From Bacteroidota bacterium (GTDB taxonomy: Bacteria > Bacteroidota > Bacteroidia > J057 > JADKCL01), in contig JANPHP010000270.1 in NCBI GenBank assembly GCA_031424495.1, positions 10,929 to 74,928 of the forward strand: a stretch of 64,000 nucleotides of DNA. Reading direction: 5' to 3'. The position numbers and the translations under genes were made by a program. The first letter of the stretch is position 1, and each line of letters starts with the position of its first letter. The notes under the pieces are model-generated. The model did not search any database, was not told the origin of the DNA, and was given only the letters and a program-made list of their open reading frames with translations. Below, one piece after another: positions 48,641-58,057 of this stretch.

Positions 48641-49729
48641 TCAGCTCGGCTCACGCTCAGGCCCGATATGCAACAACCGTTCGATCCAGGCCGTAGGCCT
48701 GTATTTTTTCAATTTTAGTGCGCGCTTCTCCACAAGGTGCCAAGAAGCAAATGCCAGTACCAACGTGATCAGCGTAGAAGACAAGAAAAGTACATAGACG
48801 CTAGGCTGGTAGAAATACTCTAGTGTCTGCAGCACGGGAAAACCATAGATGTACAGGCCATAACTCAAGTCGCCGATCTTTTCGCCGATCGTGTTGAGAA
48901 CAGGAGTGCTTAGCACGCCCAAACCAATGACAAAGAAGGGCAAAAACGCAAAATTAAATCCCGTGTGAAAGATGCCCAGCATCACCGAAACCGTCATAAT
49001 TACCCCAGAAATGATCACCGCTGCGGGAATGTACTTGAATTTTTCAAACTTGAAGACGGCCAGCAATGTGCCGCCCAAGAAGTAACCCGCCAAACCAAAC
49101 AGTCGGCCAAAACTGATGAAAATTGCATATTCGTTAAGCTTGTTCTCAAAGAATATCGTGCCCAGGGCGACAGTGAGAAATGCCAAAATGATCAATACCG
49201 CGGAGACAGGGGCCCATTTTCGCACAAAGATGAATACCGACAAACCCATGTAACAGGTAAATTCATAGCAGATGGTCCACAACGACCCATTGACGGACTT
49301 GTGATAATTGTTATCAAAAACACCTGTGACGCGGTGCTGTACCAGGTAGAGCGCCATATTGTTGGGCAAATAGGTGAGCACCTGATGGTTTTGCCAGTAG
49401 GGAATCGTACTCTCGTAGACAAATGGCCCCAACAAAAGACAGAGAACCAACATCACAAAAAGCGCGGGAAACAGGCGCAGCACACGTTTCCAATAGTAGT
49501 CGATCAAGTCTTTGCTGCGCAACAAGCTTTGGTAGATAAGGTAGCCGCTGATCACAAAAAATCCGCGCACGCCGATATAGGAAAAGCTCACTTGCAAGCC
49601 GGTGGCATCGCCCAGGAAATCCTCGGCGCCATTTTCGCCAACGTTAAATGCGTGGGTGTACATCACAAACAACGCAAACAACAGCCTGAGAAAATCAAAG
49701 TTATTTCTGTGTAGCGTCGTTTTTTCCAT
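48641..49729 (-). CDS. Acyltransferase family 3 (OafA-like)
   Basis: NNFDFLR, FFVISG, R..R.FP, GSLWT..YE, SYGLY, SW..VE. Confidence 0.9.
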   Translation of the reverse strand: MEKTTLHRNNFDFLRLLFALFVMYTHAFNVGENGAEDFLGDATGLQVSFSYIGVRGFFVISGYLIYQSLLRSKDLIDYYWKRVLRLFPALFVMLVLCLLLGPFVYESTIPYWQNHQVLTYLPNNMALYLVQHRVTGVFDNNYHKSVNGSLWTICYEFTCYMGLSVFIFVRKWAPVSAVLIILAFLTVALGTIFFENKLNEYAIFISFGRLFGLAGYFLGGTLLAVFKFEKFKYIPAAVIISGVIMTVSVMLGIFHTGFNFAFLPFFVIGLGVLSTPVLNTIGEKIGDLSYGLYIYGFPVLQTLEYFYQPSVYVLFLSSTLITLVLAFASWHLVEKRALKLKKYRPTAWIERLLHIGPEREPS

Positions 49730-49759
49730 ATCCCAATCCCAATACTACAAAGAAATGGA

Positions 49760-51883
49760 TCATGAGAAAAATTGATAAACAAGCAAGGAGGCCCCGTAGG
49801 CAAGCCCAGTCATGTAAACCAGCATGACCAAGGTCATTTTCCAAGAGCCGGTCTCTCGCTTCACGACGGCGAGCGTGCTCATGCACTGCATCGCAAACGC
49901 ATAAAATACCAACAAAGAGAATGCAACAGGCGTCGTATAGACCGGCAGGCCGGTCTCGGGATACACTTCTGCCTTCATGCGTGCACGCAAACCTCCAAAT
50001 TTGCCCTCTTCATCATCGGCTGCCGCCTCCCCTGCCCCATAGAGCGTCGCCATCGTGCCCACAAAGACTTCGCGGGCAGCAAACGAACTGAGCAAGGCGA
50101 TGCCGATCTTCCAATCAAAGCCCAGGGGGCGTATCACAGGTTCCATCGCATGCCCCAACATGCCAGCGTAGGAAACTTGCAATTTCTCAGCCGCCATCTG
50201 ATCGCTCAGCACGGTTTTGAGCGAATCTCCCACGGCAAGCTCGATCTGTGGAGCATATTTGCCATCGATGGCCTGCATCTTGCTCGCCGGGCCATAGACC
50301 TTCAAAAACCAAAGCACGATCGAAATCACAATGATGATCTTGCCAGCCTCCACCACAAAGGTGCGGCTCTTGTGAAACATGGTGAGCAGGGTATTGCGCA
50401 TGCGTGGCAAGCGATAGATCGGCAACTCCGTCACAAAAATGCCGCCTGATTTGTATTTGCTCACGGTCTTGATCACCCAAGCCACGATCAAAGCCATGAA
50501 AAAGCCCAAGAAGTACATGCCCGCCATCACCAATCCCTGCAGGCTGATGAAGCCCCAGATATACTCCTCTGGCACAAACATGCTGATGAGCAGTACATAA
50601 ACCGGAATGCGCGCCGAGCAACTCATAAGTGGCGTAACCATGATGGTGATGAGCCGCTCGGTGCGATTGGGAATCGTGCGTGCCATCATGACGCTAGGCA
50701 CGGCGCAAGCCATGCCTCCGATCAATGGAATCACCGACTTGCCGCTAAAACCAAATGGCCGCACGATGCGGTCCATCAAAAACACTACCCGCGACATATA
50801 ACCAGAGTCCTCCAGCAGGGAGATGAAAAAGAAAAGCATCGCAATTTGCGGCACAAAAATCACAATGCCCGCAAGACCCGACCAGGCGCCATCGATGAGC
50901 AAATCTGTGAGCCACCCTGCGGGCGCGATCGCCTTCATACCTTCGCCCGCCCAAGCAAAGCCGGCATCGATGGCATCCATCGGATAGCTCGCCCAAGCAA
51001 AAATGGATTGGAATATGATCCCCAAGAGCAATACAAACACGACATAGCCTCCGACGGGGTGCAGGAGCACACGGTCGAGGCGGTCGCTGATGCGATTGAT
51101 GGGGTGGATCGGGCTCTGCTCGACGGCATCTACGATATCGTTGATGCGGTCATAGCGCAGTGCCATCTCATTGTTGATGAGTCCCTCGGGGTCATCGAGC
51201 AGGTGGTGGCCGTCTGCACTCAAGATGGGGTCTGAGTCGAGCCACCTGAAGTTTTCGGGACGCATGAGCAGCAACCAACCGAGGTAGCGCGAGGCAGTAT
51301 CGATCTTTTTGATGACGGGCACCAAAAGCGGATCAAAAACGGCGGGCACCTTGAAGAAGGGCTCCTTGGGGGCAATGGGCATTTGCGTCACAGCTGTGAG
51401 CAGCTGTTGAATGCCCAAGCCTTTGAGGGCAGAGATCACAACCACTGGAATGCCGAGTTGCTTGGCGAGCAATTTGGCATTGAGGCTGCGGCCCTCTTTC
51501 TCCAAAAGATCGGCCATGTTCAGGGCCAAGATGACGGGCAGGCCCAAGTCCATGACTTGGGTGCAGAGCAGCAAGCTACGGCGCAGGTTGGTAGCGTCGG
51601 CGACAAGCACGACGAGGTCAGGATGGTCCTTGTCTTGCCGATTGGCGAGCACCGATGTGGCCACCAACTCGTCTTCCGCGTGGGGATAGAGGCTGTAGGT
51701 GCCGGGCAGATCGATGAGGGTTGATTCCTTGCCATCGGGCAGGGCGATTTGCCCTGCTTTGCGGTCCACCGTGACACCCGGAAAATTGCCGACTTTTTGA
51801 CGCAGCCCCGTGAGGACATTGAACAAGGAAGTCTTCCCGCAATTGGGATTCCCGACGAGTGCTATTTTGGGGCCTGCTTGCAT
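49760..51883 (-). CDS. feoB: Ferrous iron transporter B
   Basis: GNPNCGKT, DLPG.YSL, N..D, MSCSAR.P, FAAREV, QC.ST. Confidence 0.96.
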   Translation of the reverse strand: MQAGPKIALVGNPNCGKTSLFNVLTGLRQKVGNFPGVTVDRKAGQIALPDGKESTLIDLPGTYSLYPHAEDELVATSVLANRQDKDHPDLVVLVADATNLRRSLLLCTQVMDLGLPVILALNMADLLEKEGRSLNAKLLAKQLGIPVVVISALKGLGIQQLLTAVTQMPIAPKEPFFKVPAVFDPLLVPVIKKIDTASRYLGWLLLMRPENFRWLDSDPILSADGHHLLDDPEGLINNEMALRYDRINDIVDAVEQSPIHPINRISDRLDRVLLHPVGGYVVFVLLLGIIFQSIFAWASYPMDAIDAGFAWAGEGMKAIAPAGWLTDLLIDGAWSGLAGIVIFVPQIAMLFFFISLLEDSGYMSRVVFLMDRIVRPFGFSGKSVIPLIGGMACAVPSVMMARTIPNRTERLITIMVTPLMSCSARIPVYVLLISMFVPEEYIWGFISLQGLVMAGMYFLGFFMALIVAWVIKTVSKYKSGGIFVTELPIYRLPRMRNTLLTMFHKSRTFVVEAGKIIIVISIVLWFLKVYGPASKMQAIDGKYAPQIELAVGDSLKTVLSDQMAAEKLQVSYAGMLGHAMEPVIRPLGFDWKIGIALLSSFAAREVFVGTMATLYGAGEAAADDEEGKFGGLRARMKAEVYPETGLPVYTTPVAFSLLVFYAFAMQCMSTLAVVKRETGSWKMTLVMLVYMTGLAYGASLLVYQFFS

Positions 51884-52137
51884 CAGAGTCGCTTCACCAA
51901 AACTGATCGTGCATCTGCCTTGCGCAATGCGACCTTGCCTCCACGCACGCGCAGCGCCACGGGTCCACCCCAAGGGGCACGCTCGGCAACTGTGAATTTG
52001 TCGCCCTCTACCAAACCGATGCGCAGCAAAGCTAGCTTGAGTTGTGGATCTGAGATCCGCAAAACAAGGCCTTGTTCGCCGCCTCGCAGCATTGCCAAAG
52101 TCACCTCATCCACCATTTCTGACGCTACTATCTGCAT
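51883..52137 (-). CDS. feoA: Ferrous iron transport protein A
   Basis: LL.IGL..G, AP.GGP, ALR...A; abuts feoB. Confidence 0.88.
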   Translation of the reverse strand: MQIVASEMVDEVTLAMLRGGEQGLVLRISDPQLKLALLRIGLVEGDKFTVAERAPWGGPVALRVRGGKVALRKADARSVLVKRL

Positions 52138-52182
52138 TCTCAGGAGGGCCGCGACTAGGTTGCGGCAAATTTCAAAACGGGC

Positions 52183-52209
52183 GCTAATTTAGAACTATTC
52201 TAAATTAGC
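52183..52209. promoter_or_regulatory. Fur-box-like palindrome
   Basis: GCTAATTTAGAA-CTA-TTCTAAATTAGC upstream of feoA, between divergent -7 boxes (minus GAAATTTG 52173-52166; plus TATCTTTG 52228-52235). Confidence 0.8.
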
Positions 52210-52343
52210 CATTCAAAAACTGACAAATATCTTTGTTCTGTTACGGCTTGGCGACTGAAAGAACGCCTGCATGTCGATTTTGGAACAGGATTTGTACTTG
52301 AATTCGTTCATGAGATTGGTTACTTTGGTAAAAATTTAGGCGA

Positions 52344-53207
52344 ATGCGCAGAATCTGGCCACTATTGTTTGCGATCGTTTTGCTTGCAGCCTGCAAGCGG
52401 GAAAAGGAAGTCATCATTCCCGACAACGAGGCGCCACCGGACTCGACGGTGAGCAATGTCGTGCTCGAGAGTTATGTGAACCGCAGCTACATCGCATTGC
52501 TCGGCTACCAACCCGATGCCGGGCAGATGGCTGTGAGTACAGGCATTTTGCGCACCCACAATTGCTCGCAGCAAGACCGCGATGCCTTTTTGAGCCAGTT
52601 GGTCGTGCAGCCTGCCTACTTTCAGCGTGTATTTGACATCGGCCGTGGGACCTTGCTCAATGGCATCGACACCTCCGACATCCGCGACGAGCTCACCATT
52701 CTCAATTTCATCCTCTCTGATTCCAACTATTTGCCTTTTTGGCCGCAGGCGCAGCTCGAGCGGGGCCAATTGGTCGACGTGATGGCGATTCCGCAAGACC
52801 TGCAGGCTGGCAGCATTTCCATCATCGAGATGCACCGCCGCCTGGTCACCAACAAAGGTTACGATCAGATCAACATGGGCACGCAAAACTTCGTGATCTC
52901 GGTCTTTCAGAATTTTCTGGCGCGGTACCCGACCGATGCTGAGCGTGCTGCGGGCGAGGTCATGGTGGATGGCTTTCCTTCGCAGTTATTTTTGGAGAAT
53001 GGCCGCACCAAAACCGATTTCATCGCCATTTTCCTTCGCTCCAACGACTACTACGAAGGTCAAGTGCGCGAACTCTTCAGGCGTTACCTATTTCGGGAAC
53101 CGCAAACGGAAGAGCTGGAATCCTATACCCTCAGCTACAAGGCCTCTGGCAACTACCAAGCCCTGCAAAAGGCAGTTTTGAGCATCGACGAATACCTCGG
53201 ATTGTGA
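52344..53207 (+). CDS. Lipoprotein with helical DUF4214/DUF1553-like repeats
   Basis: LAAC lipobox; three repeats YVNRSYIALLGYQP / FVISVFQNFLARYP / QVRELFRRYLFREP; ends LSIDEY. Confidence 0.7.
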   Translation: MRRIWPLLFAIVLLAACKREKEVIIPDNEAPPDSTVSNVVLESYVNRSYIALLGYQPDAGQMAVSTGILRTHNCSQQDRDAFLSQLVVQPAYFQRVFDIGRGTLLNGIDTSDIRDELTILNFILSDSNYLPFWPQAQLERGQLVDVMAIPQDLQAGSISIIEMHRRLVTNKGYDQINMGTQNFVISVFQNFLARYPTDAERAAGEVMVDGFPSQLFLENGRTKTDFIAIFLRSNDYYEGQVRELFRRYLFREPQTEELESYTLSYKASGNYQALQKAVLSIDEYLGL

Positions 53208-53707
53208 AAAAACAATATCATATCATTGCAGGCGTCGCGGTGCTGGGCATCGCGCTGCTGCTGGGCACAGGCTGCAAAAAGGAACCCATTTACACCTACG
53301 GTGTAAATGATGTCACCGTCGAGCAACCCGGCGCCATCAAGCCCAATGTAAAGTCTGACCTGGAGGTGCTGAGCATCGCCTACACCGACCTGTTTGGAAC
53401 GAGCATCTCCGCCGACAAGTTGGAGGCAATGGCACGTGGCTATCAATCGTTTGGCGACAAACGCTTGGTGATGGAGATGGTGATCCTTAATTTTTTAAAT
53501 GATCCCAACGTCGTGATCCCCACCGATGCAGCAATGCGTGCCAATGTGGAAGCCTTTGTCGATGCGTCCTACCACAAGTTTTATGTGCGTGAACCATCGG
53601 CTTTTGAGCGGTGGTTTGTGAGCGACCTCATTCGTGACGACGCCACACTCACACCTGATTTGGTGTACTATGCTTTTATGACCAGTGCTGAATACCGTTT
53701 TTATTGA
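53204..53707 (+). CDS. Lipoprotein with a DUF1553-like C-terminus
   Basis: GTGC lipobox; FV...Y.KFY.REP...E; MTSAEYRFY; GTG start overlaps the upstream TGA. Confidence 0.7.
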   Translation: MKKQYHIIAGVAVLGIALLLGTGCKKEPIYTYGVNDVTVEQPGAIKPNVKSDLEVLSIAYTDLFGTSISADKLEAMARGYQSFGDKRLVMEMVILNFLNDPNVVIPTDAAMRANVEAFVDASYHKFYVREPSAFERWFVSDLIRDDATLTPDLVYYAFMTSAEYRFY

Positions 53708-53718
53708 GGAGCAGGAAG

Positions 53719-55044
53719 ATGAATCGAAGTGAATTTCTGAAAACCTTGGGCCTCGCGACGGCGGGCGCGATCGCATCGCCTTATATCTTGCCCTCGGGCA
53801 GGCTATTTGCCTCGACGGGTTCACGCGCCGTGAACCATGTGGTCGTCTGCCTGTTTGCAGGTGGTGTCCGCAATTTTGAGTCGGTGCAAATGATCGATGG
53901 CAACCTCATGCCCAGCATGTTGCAAGGCTCGGCCGGCATCAGCCCCGACATCGCGGCGGGGATTGCGTCCTTGCCTAGCTCACCCTTGGGTCAGCCCTTG
54001 CAGCAATATGGCACCCTTTACAAGGAGTTTCGCTTTGGCGAGGGGCCCACGGGCCACTACTCAGCCCATCAAGTCGCCCTTACCGGCCGCTATGCCGATA
54101 CCAACCTCAACCTGCGTGAATCGCCCAAGTGGCCGACCATGTTTGAGCTCTACCGCAAGCACTCATCCCCCGTCAAGAATGCGCTGAATGCATGGTGGAT
54201 TTCCAATCAGCTCGGGCCTTACCCCTATTTGAATTACAGCAGTTACGAGGGCTATGGCAGCCTCTATGGCGCCAACTACATGCAGCCGACTTCCTTTTAC
54301 CAGCCGAGCACAGCGCAGGCGCTCGGCAATATGCGCGCCTACACGGCGGGGCAACGCACGAGTCGCGACAAGGTGCGCGACTTCTTGGACAAAAACTTCA
54401 ACTCAGGCTACAACCCCAACGATGCTGGGGTCATCAACACCACAACTGAGGCGGACCTGTTGCGCGATTTCCACGCGGCTACGCTTGCCGGCGTGCAATC
54501 GGGCCTTTATGTCGATCCATGGGCCATCGGCGCACCAAACATGAACAATGACCTCTATTGCATGTTTTTTGCAGAAAAGGTCATCCAACAATTCAAGCCA
54601 GAACTGCTGGTCGTGAACATGACCGATGTCGACATCTGTCACTTTGACTTCACCCGTTATGCCGACGCGCTGCACAAGGCAGACTATGCCGTGGCCCATC
54701 TCTGGAACACGATCCAAAACACGCCCGGCATGGCCAATGATACAGTGCTGATCGTGGTTCCCGAGCACGGCCGCAACCAGATGCCCAATACCGTGATCGA
54801 CGGGTTTGGGCGCTATGCGATCGACCACACGGCGATCGACGGCAGCGGCGACCAGATGTCGCGCGAGATTTTTTGCCTCGTGGTGGGCCCGCCCAACATT
54901 GTGCGGCAAAACCAAGTGATCTCGCAAGTGCGTGGAGAGAGCATCGATGTCGTGCCGACCGTCGCTCGACTTTTGGGCTTTGATTCAGACATTCCAGTAG
55001 GTGTGAGACCTCCTGGACAATACTTGGGGGACGCTCTGATATGA
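53719..55044 (+). CDS. DUF1501-like / alkaline-phosphatase-superfamily exported protein
   Basis: Tat-like MNRSEFLK; VVVCLFAGG, D.DICH, TVLIVVPEHGR, IDH. Confidence 0.7.
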   Translation: MNRSEFLKTLGLATAGAIASPYILPSGRLFASTGSRAVNHVVVCLFAGGVRNFESVQMIDGNLMPSMLQGSAGISPDIAAGIASLPSSPLGQPLQQYGTLYKEFRFGEGPTGHYSAHQVALTGRYADTNLNLRESPKWPTMFELYRKHSSPVKNALNAWWISNQLGPYPYLNYSSYEGYGSLYGANYMQPTSFYQPSTAQALGNMRAYTAGQRTSRDKVRDFLDKNFNSGYNPNDAGVINTTTEADLLRDFHAATLAGVQSGLYVDPWAIGAPNMNNDLYCMFFAEKVIQQFKPELLVVNMTDVDICHFDFTRYADALHKADYAVAHLWNTIQNTPGMANDTVLIVVPEHGRNQMPNTVIDGFGRYAIDHTAIDGSGDQMSREIFCLVVGPPNIVRQNQVISQVRGESIDVVPTVARLLGFDSDIPVGVRPPGQYLGDALI

Positions 55045-55964
55045 AAACACTCCGCATCTTGATCCCAGCCATGTTTTTGACGGTAATCTTGGTGGTTGCA
55101 GCCTGCAAGCGCGAAGACCCACTGCCTGACAATCCTTATGACCACGTGGATTATGGCCATGGTGGCACCAACAATTACACGCCCGACCCAGACGGCATCA
55201 CTGGGATTTACGAAAACATCCTGCGCCAGAAGTGCAGCCTGCCTGGTTGTCACGACGGCCATTTTGAACCCGACTTCCGGTCCATCCAAAGTGCGTGGTC
55301 CACACTGGTCTACCACAAGATCGTGAAGAATACGGCCGACACGGCTTATACCTATCGTGTGCTGCCCCATGACACGGCCGGCTCGATGCTCTGGCACCGC
55401 ATCAGCCGCGGCGATGCGCAATTGCAGCAGATGCCAGCCACGGGTGCCTACTTGTCGGCGACCGAGCTCGCCCACGTGCGCAATTGGATCTTGGGCGGAG
55501 CCAAAGACATGTTTGGCAATGCGCCTTCGCTTCCAAACAACGAGCCGCGCATCTTGGGTTTTGTGGCCTTCAACCAAGCATTTACCACGCAACTCGACGT
55601 CACTGAAAACCGCTTGGACTCCGTGCCCTATTTTCCATTCATCGTCACGCCCAATACCAATTTTAATGTGATCATGCTGGTGGAGGACGACAGTACGGCG
55701 CTCAATCAGCTCCAAGTGAATCAGTTGAAGCTGTCTTTGGATAAAAACAACTTTGTCGGTGCGGCCACGGTGAATGCCTATTTCTTGGGATCGGGCTTCA
55801 ATGTCTGGGTCTGCCCGGTCAACAGCGGCAATTTTACCGTCGGCGACACCGTATACATGCGCTACTATGTCAATGACGGGAATCAGCCCCAAAACTCTGA
55901 GTTTCCGCGCGACGACAGCCAAGATGCCTACAAGACCTACGCAGCATTTTTCGTGAAGCCATGA
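55041..55964 (+). CDS. Lipoprotein with Planctomycete-type cytochrome c domain (CX4CH) and Ig-like C-domain
   Basis: VAAC lipobox; IL..KCSLPGCHDG, S.L..RI, QMP, WI..GA. Confidence 0.7.
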   Translation: MKTLRILIPAMFLTVILVVAACKREDPLPDNPYDHVDYGHGGTNNYTPDPDGITGIYENILRQKCSLPGCHDGHFEPDFRSIQSAWSTLVYHKIVKNTADTAYTYRVLPHDTAGSMLWHRISRGDAQLQQMPATGAYLSATELAHVRNWILGGAKDMFGNAPSLPNNEPRILGFVAFNQAFTTQLDVTENRLDSVPYFPFIVTPNTNFNVIMLVEDDSTALNQLQVNQLKLSLDKNNFVGAATVNAYFLGSGFNVWVCPVNSGNFTVGDTVYMRYYVNDGNQPQNSEFPRDDSQDAYKTYAAFFVKP

Positions 55965-56416
55965 GGAGAATTCCATTCATCTACAGCGCGCCCCTGCTGG
56001 GCTGCCTGCTGCTCTTCGCAGCCTGCAAAAAAGACAAGGTCGACCTGCTCGATCCGGTTCCGACGATCCTATCGGTCACGATCAACCCCTCCAACGTGGT
56101 CGAATACCAAGATTCCATCGTCTTCTCGGTGGCCTACAGAGACGGCGACGGCGATCTTGGCGAAAATGCGCCCGACGTCAAAAATCTGTTCCTCGTTGAC
56201 AATCGCATACAAGTAACCCAAGAATTCCGGATCCGTGAATTGGCGCCAAGTGGGGCCGAGATACCGATCACAGGCACCCTGCGGGTTGTCTTGCGCAACA
56301 CGGGCATCACCGATAATTCTGCTTCGCAAACATTTGACTACACAATCTACCTACGCGACCGAGCAGGGCATGAGAGCGCGCATTTCATCACCGATCAGGT
56401 GACGGTGCGGCGTTGA
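55961..56416 (+). CDS. Lipoprotein, Ig-like
   Basis: FAAC lipobox; Y.DGDGDLG, L.DRAG.ES. Confidence 0.7.
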   Translation: MRRIPFIYSAPLLGCLLLFAACKKDKVDLLDPVPTILSVTINPSNVVEYQDSIVFSVAYRDGDGDLGENAPDVKNLFLVDNRIQVTQEFRIRELAPSGAEIPITGTLRVVLRNTGITDNSASQTFDYTIYLRDRAGHESAHFITDQVTVRR

Positions 56417-56571
56417 ATGGGGGTGGGTGTGTTAACAATTTAGTAGCGGGGTCCATAACGGAGTCAATACCCCGTCACAAGACTTGATCACGTTCATTGA
56501 GTAGAATATTGTCGACCTTTGCAACTATTCCACCGCATAGGTGGTTTTGACCGTGTATTACTACTTGCTCT

Positions 56572-57888
56572 ATGAAAGCCAACGTTCCAGATCTCAATCA
56601 ACCCCGTGTCCTGATCATAGGCGGGGGATTTGCAGGGATCAATGTCGCTCAAGCGCTCAAAAATGCGCCCGTGCAGGTCGTGATGTTTGACAAGCACAAC
56701 TATCACACCTTTCAGCCGCTGCTCTACCAAGTCGCCACCGGTGGGTTGGAGCCCGATTCGATCGCCTTCCCCCTGCGCAAAATGTTCAAAAAGCAGCAAA
56801 ATTTCATCTTCAGAATGGCTGAGGTGCTGCATGTGGACGCCGACAAGCAGGTGGTGACGACATCCATCGGCGAGATCAAGTATGACTATCTCGTCGTGGC
56901 GACGGGCTCCCGCACCAATTTTTTTGGGTTGCAGGGCTTGGAATCGATGTCACATGGCATGAAAAATATACCCGAGGCACTCGATTTGCGCAGTGTGATC
57001 CTCCAAAATTTTGAAGCAGCCGTGCTTACATCAGACCTCGAGGAGCGCAATGCCTTGATGAATTTTGTCGTTGTCGGCGCGGGTCCTACGGGCCTCGAGA
57101 CGGCGGGCGCATTGGCGGAGCTCAAGCAGCACATCTTGCCTACCGACTATCCCGAGCTGGATTTGCGCCGCATGCAAATCCACCTCATCGAGGCTGGCGA
57201 CCGCGTGTTGCCTGGTATGAGCGCCGAGTCTTCTGAAAATGCACACAAGGCATTGGCCAAAATGGGCGTGCAAATCTGGCTCAATGCCAAAGTCGAAAGC
57301 TACGATGGCGTGCAGGTGCACCTCGCCGGCGGGCGCGAGCTCGATGCAATGACCGTGATCTGGTCTGCAGGCGTGATCGGCAATGCATTGCCCGGTCTGG
57401 AGACGGCAATCTCACGCGGCGGACGATTGGAGGTCGATCAGTTCAATCGGGTCAAGGGTCATACGCAGATTTTCGCGATCGGCGATACCGCCTTGATGCG
57501 CACGGAAGAGTACCCTGCAGGCCACCCTGGCGTCGCGCAGGTGGCGATACAGCAAGGACAATTGCTGGCGCGCAACATCAAGAGCTTGGTTTTCCAACGT
57601 GAATTGCGCGCCTTTAAATACAATGACAAGGGCAGCATGGCCACCATCGGCCGCAACAAGGCCGTGGGCGATGTGAAGCGGCTCAGGATCAAGGGACTCA
57701 TCGCATGGCTCATGTGGATGGTGATCCACTTATTCTTCCTCGCAGGTTTCCGTAACCGGTTGGTTGTCTTTATCAACTGGTTTTGGAGCTATGTCACCTA
57801 CGACAAAGGCACACGCCTCATCATCAGACGGTATGACCGCAAGGTCAATTATCACGATGCGGATGTTGCGGATGAGCTGGTAAAATAA
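56572..57888 (+). CDS. ndh: Type II NADH dehydrogenase
   Basis: GGGFAG, FQPLLYQVA, GAGPTG.E.AG, AIGD, A.VA.QQG, KGSMATIG. Confidence 0.92.
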   Translation: MKANVPDLNQPRVLIIGGGFAGINVAQALKNAPVQVVMFDKHNYHTFQPLLYQVATGGLEPDSIAFPLRKMFKKQQNFIFRMAEVLHVDADKQVVTTSIGEIKYDYLVVATGSRTNFFGLQGLESMSHGMKNIPEALDLRSVILQNFEAAVLTSDLEERNALMNFVVVGAGPTGLETAGALAELKQHILPTDYPELDLRRMQIHLIEAGDRVLPGMSAESSENAHKALAKMGVQIWLNAKVESYDGVQVHLAGGRELDAMTVIWSAGVIGNALPGLETAISRGGRLEVDQFNRVKGHTQIFAIGDTALMRTEEYPAGHPGVAQVAIQQGQLLARNIKSLVFQRELRAFKYNDKGSMATIGRNKAVGDVKRLRIKGLIAWLMWMVIHLFFLAGFRNRLVVFINWFWSYVTYDKGTRLIIRRYDRKVNYHDADVADELVK

Positions 57889-58057
57889 GCCTTGCTTCGT
57901 TCCGTCGAGAATTGGTTGAGCATTGATCGAATTGCAGAAATGTGGTCCGCGCATTTGCCCGCACAATCCTGCCGATAAAAGGCCAGAGATCAGCGGCAAC
58001 CAAGCACATGCGGAACGACCGCACTTTGTACCAGAATCATTTCGCAAGAAAAATGGA

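Noticed and set aside
54813..55976. 387-aa minus-strand ORF
   Set aside because: Antisense shadow of the lipoprotein operon genes
56484..56497. FNR/Crp-like site upstream of ndh (TTGATCACGTTCAT)
   Set aside because: Two mismatches in the second half-site; not distinguishable from chance
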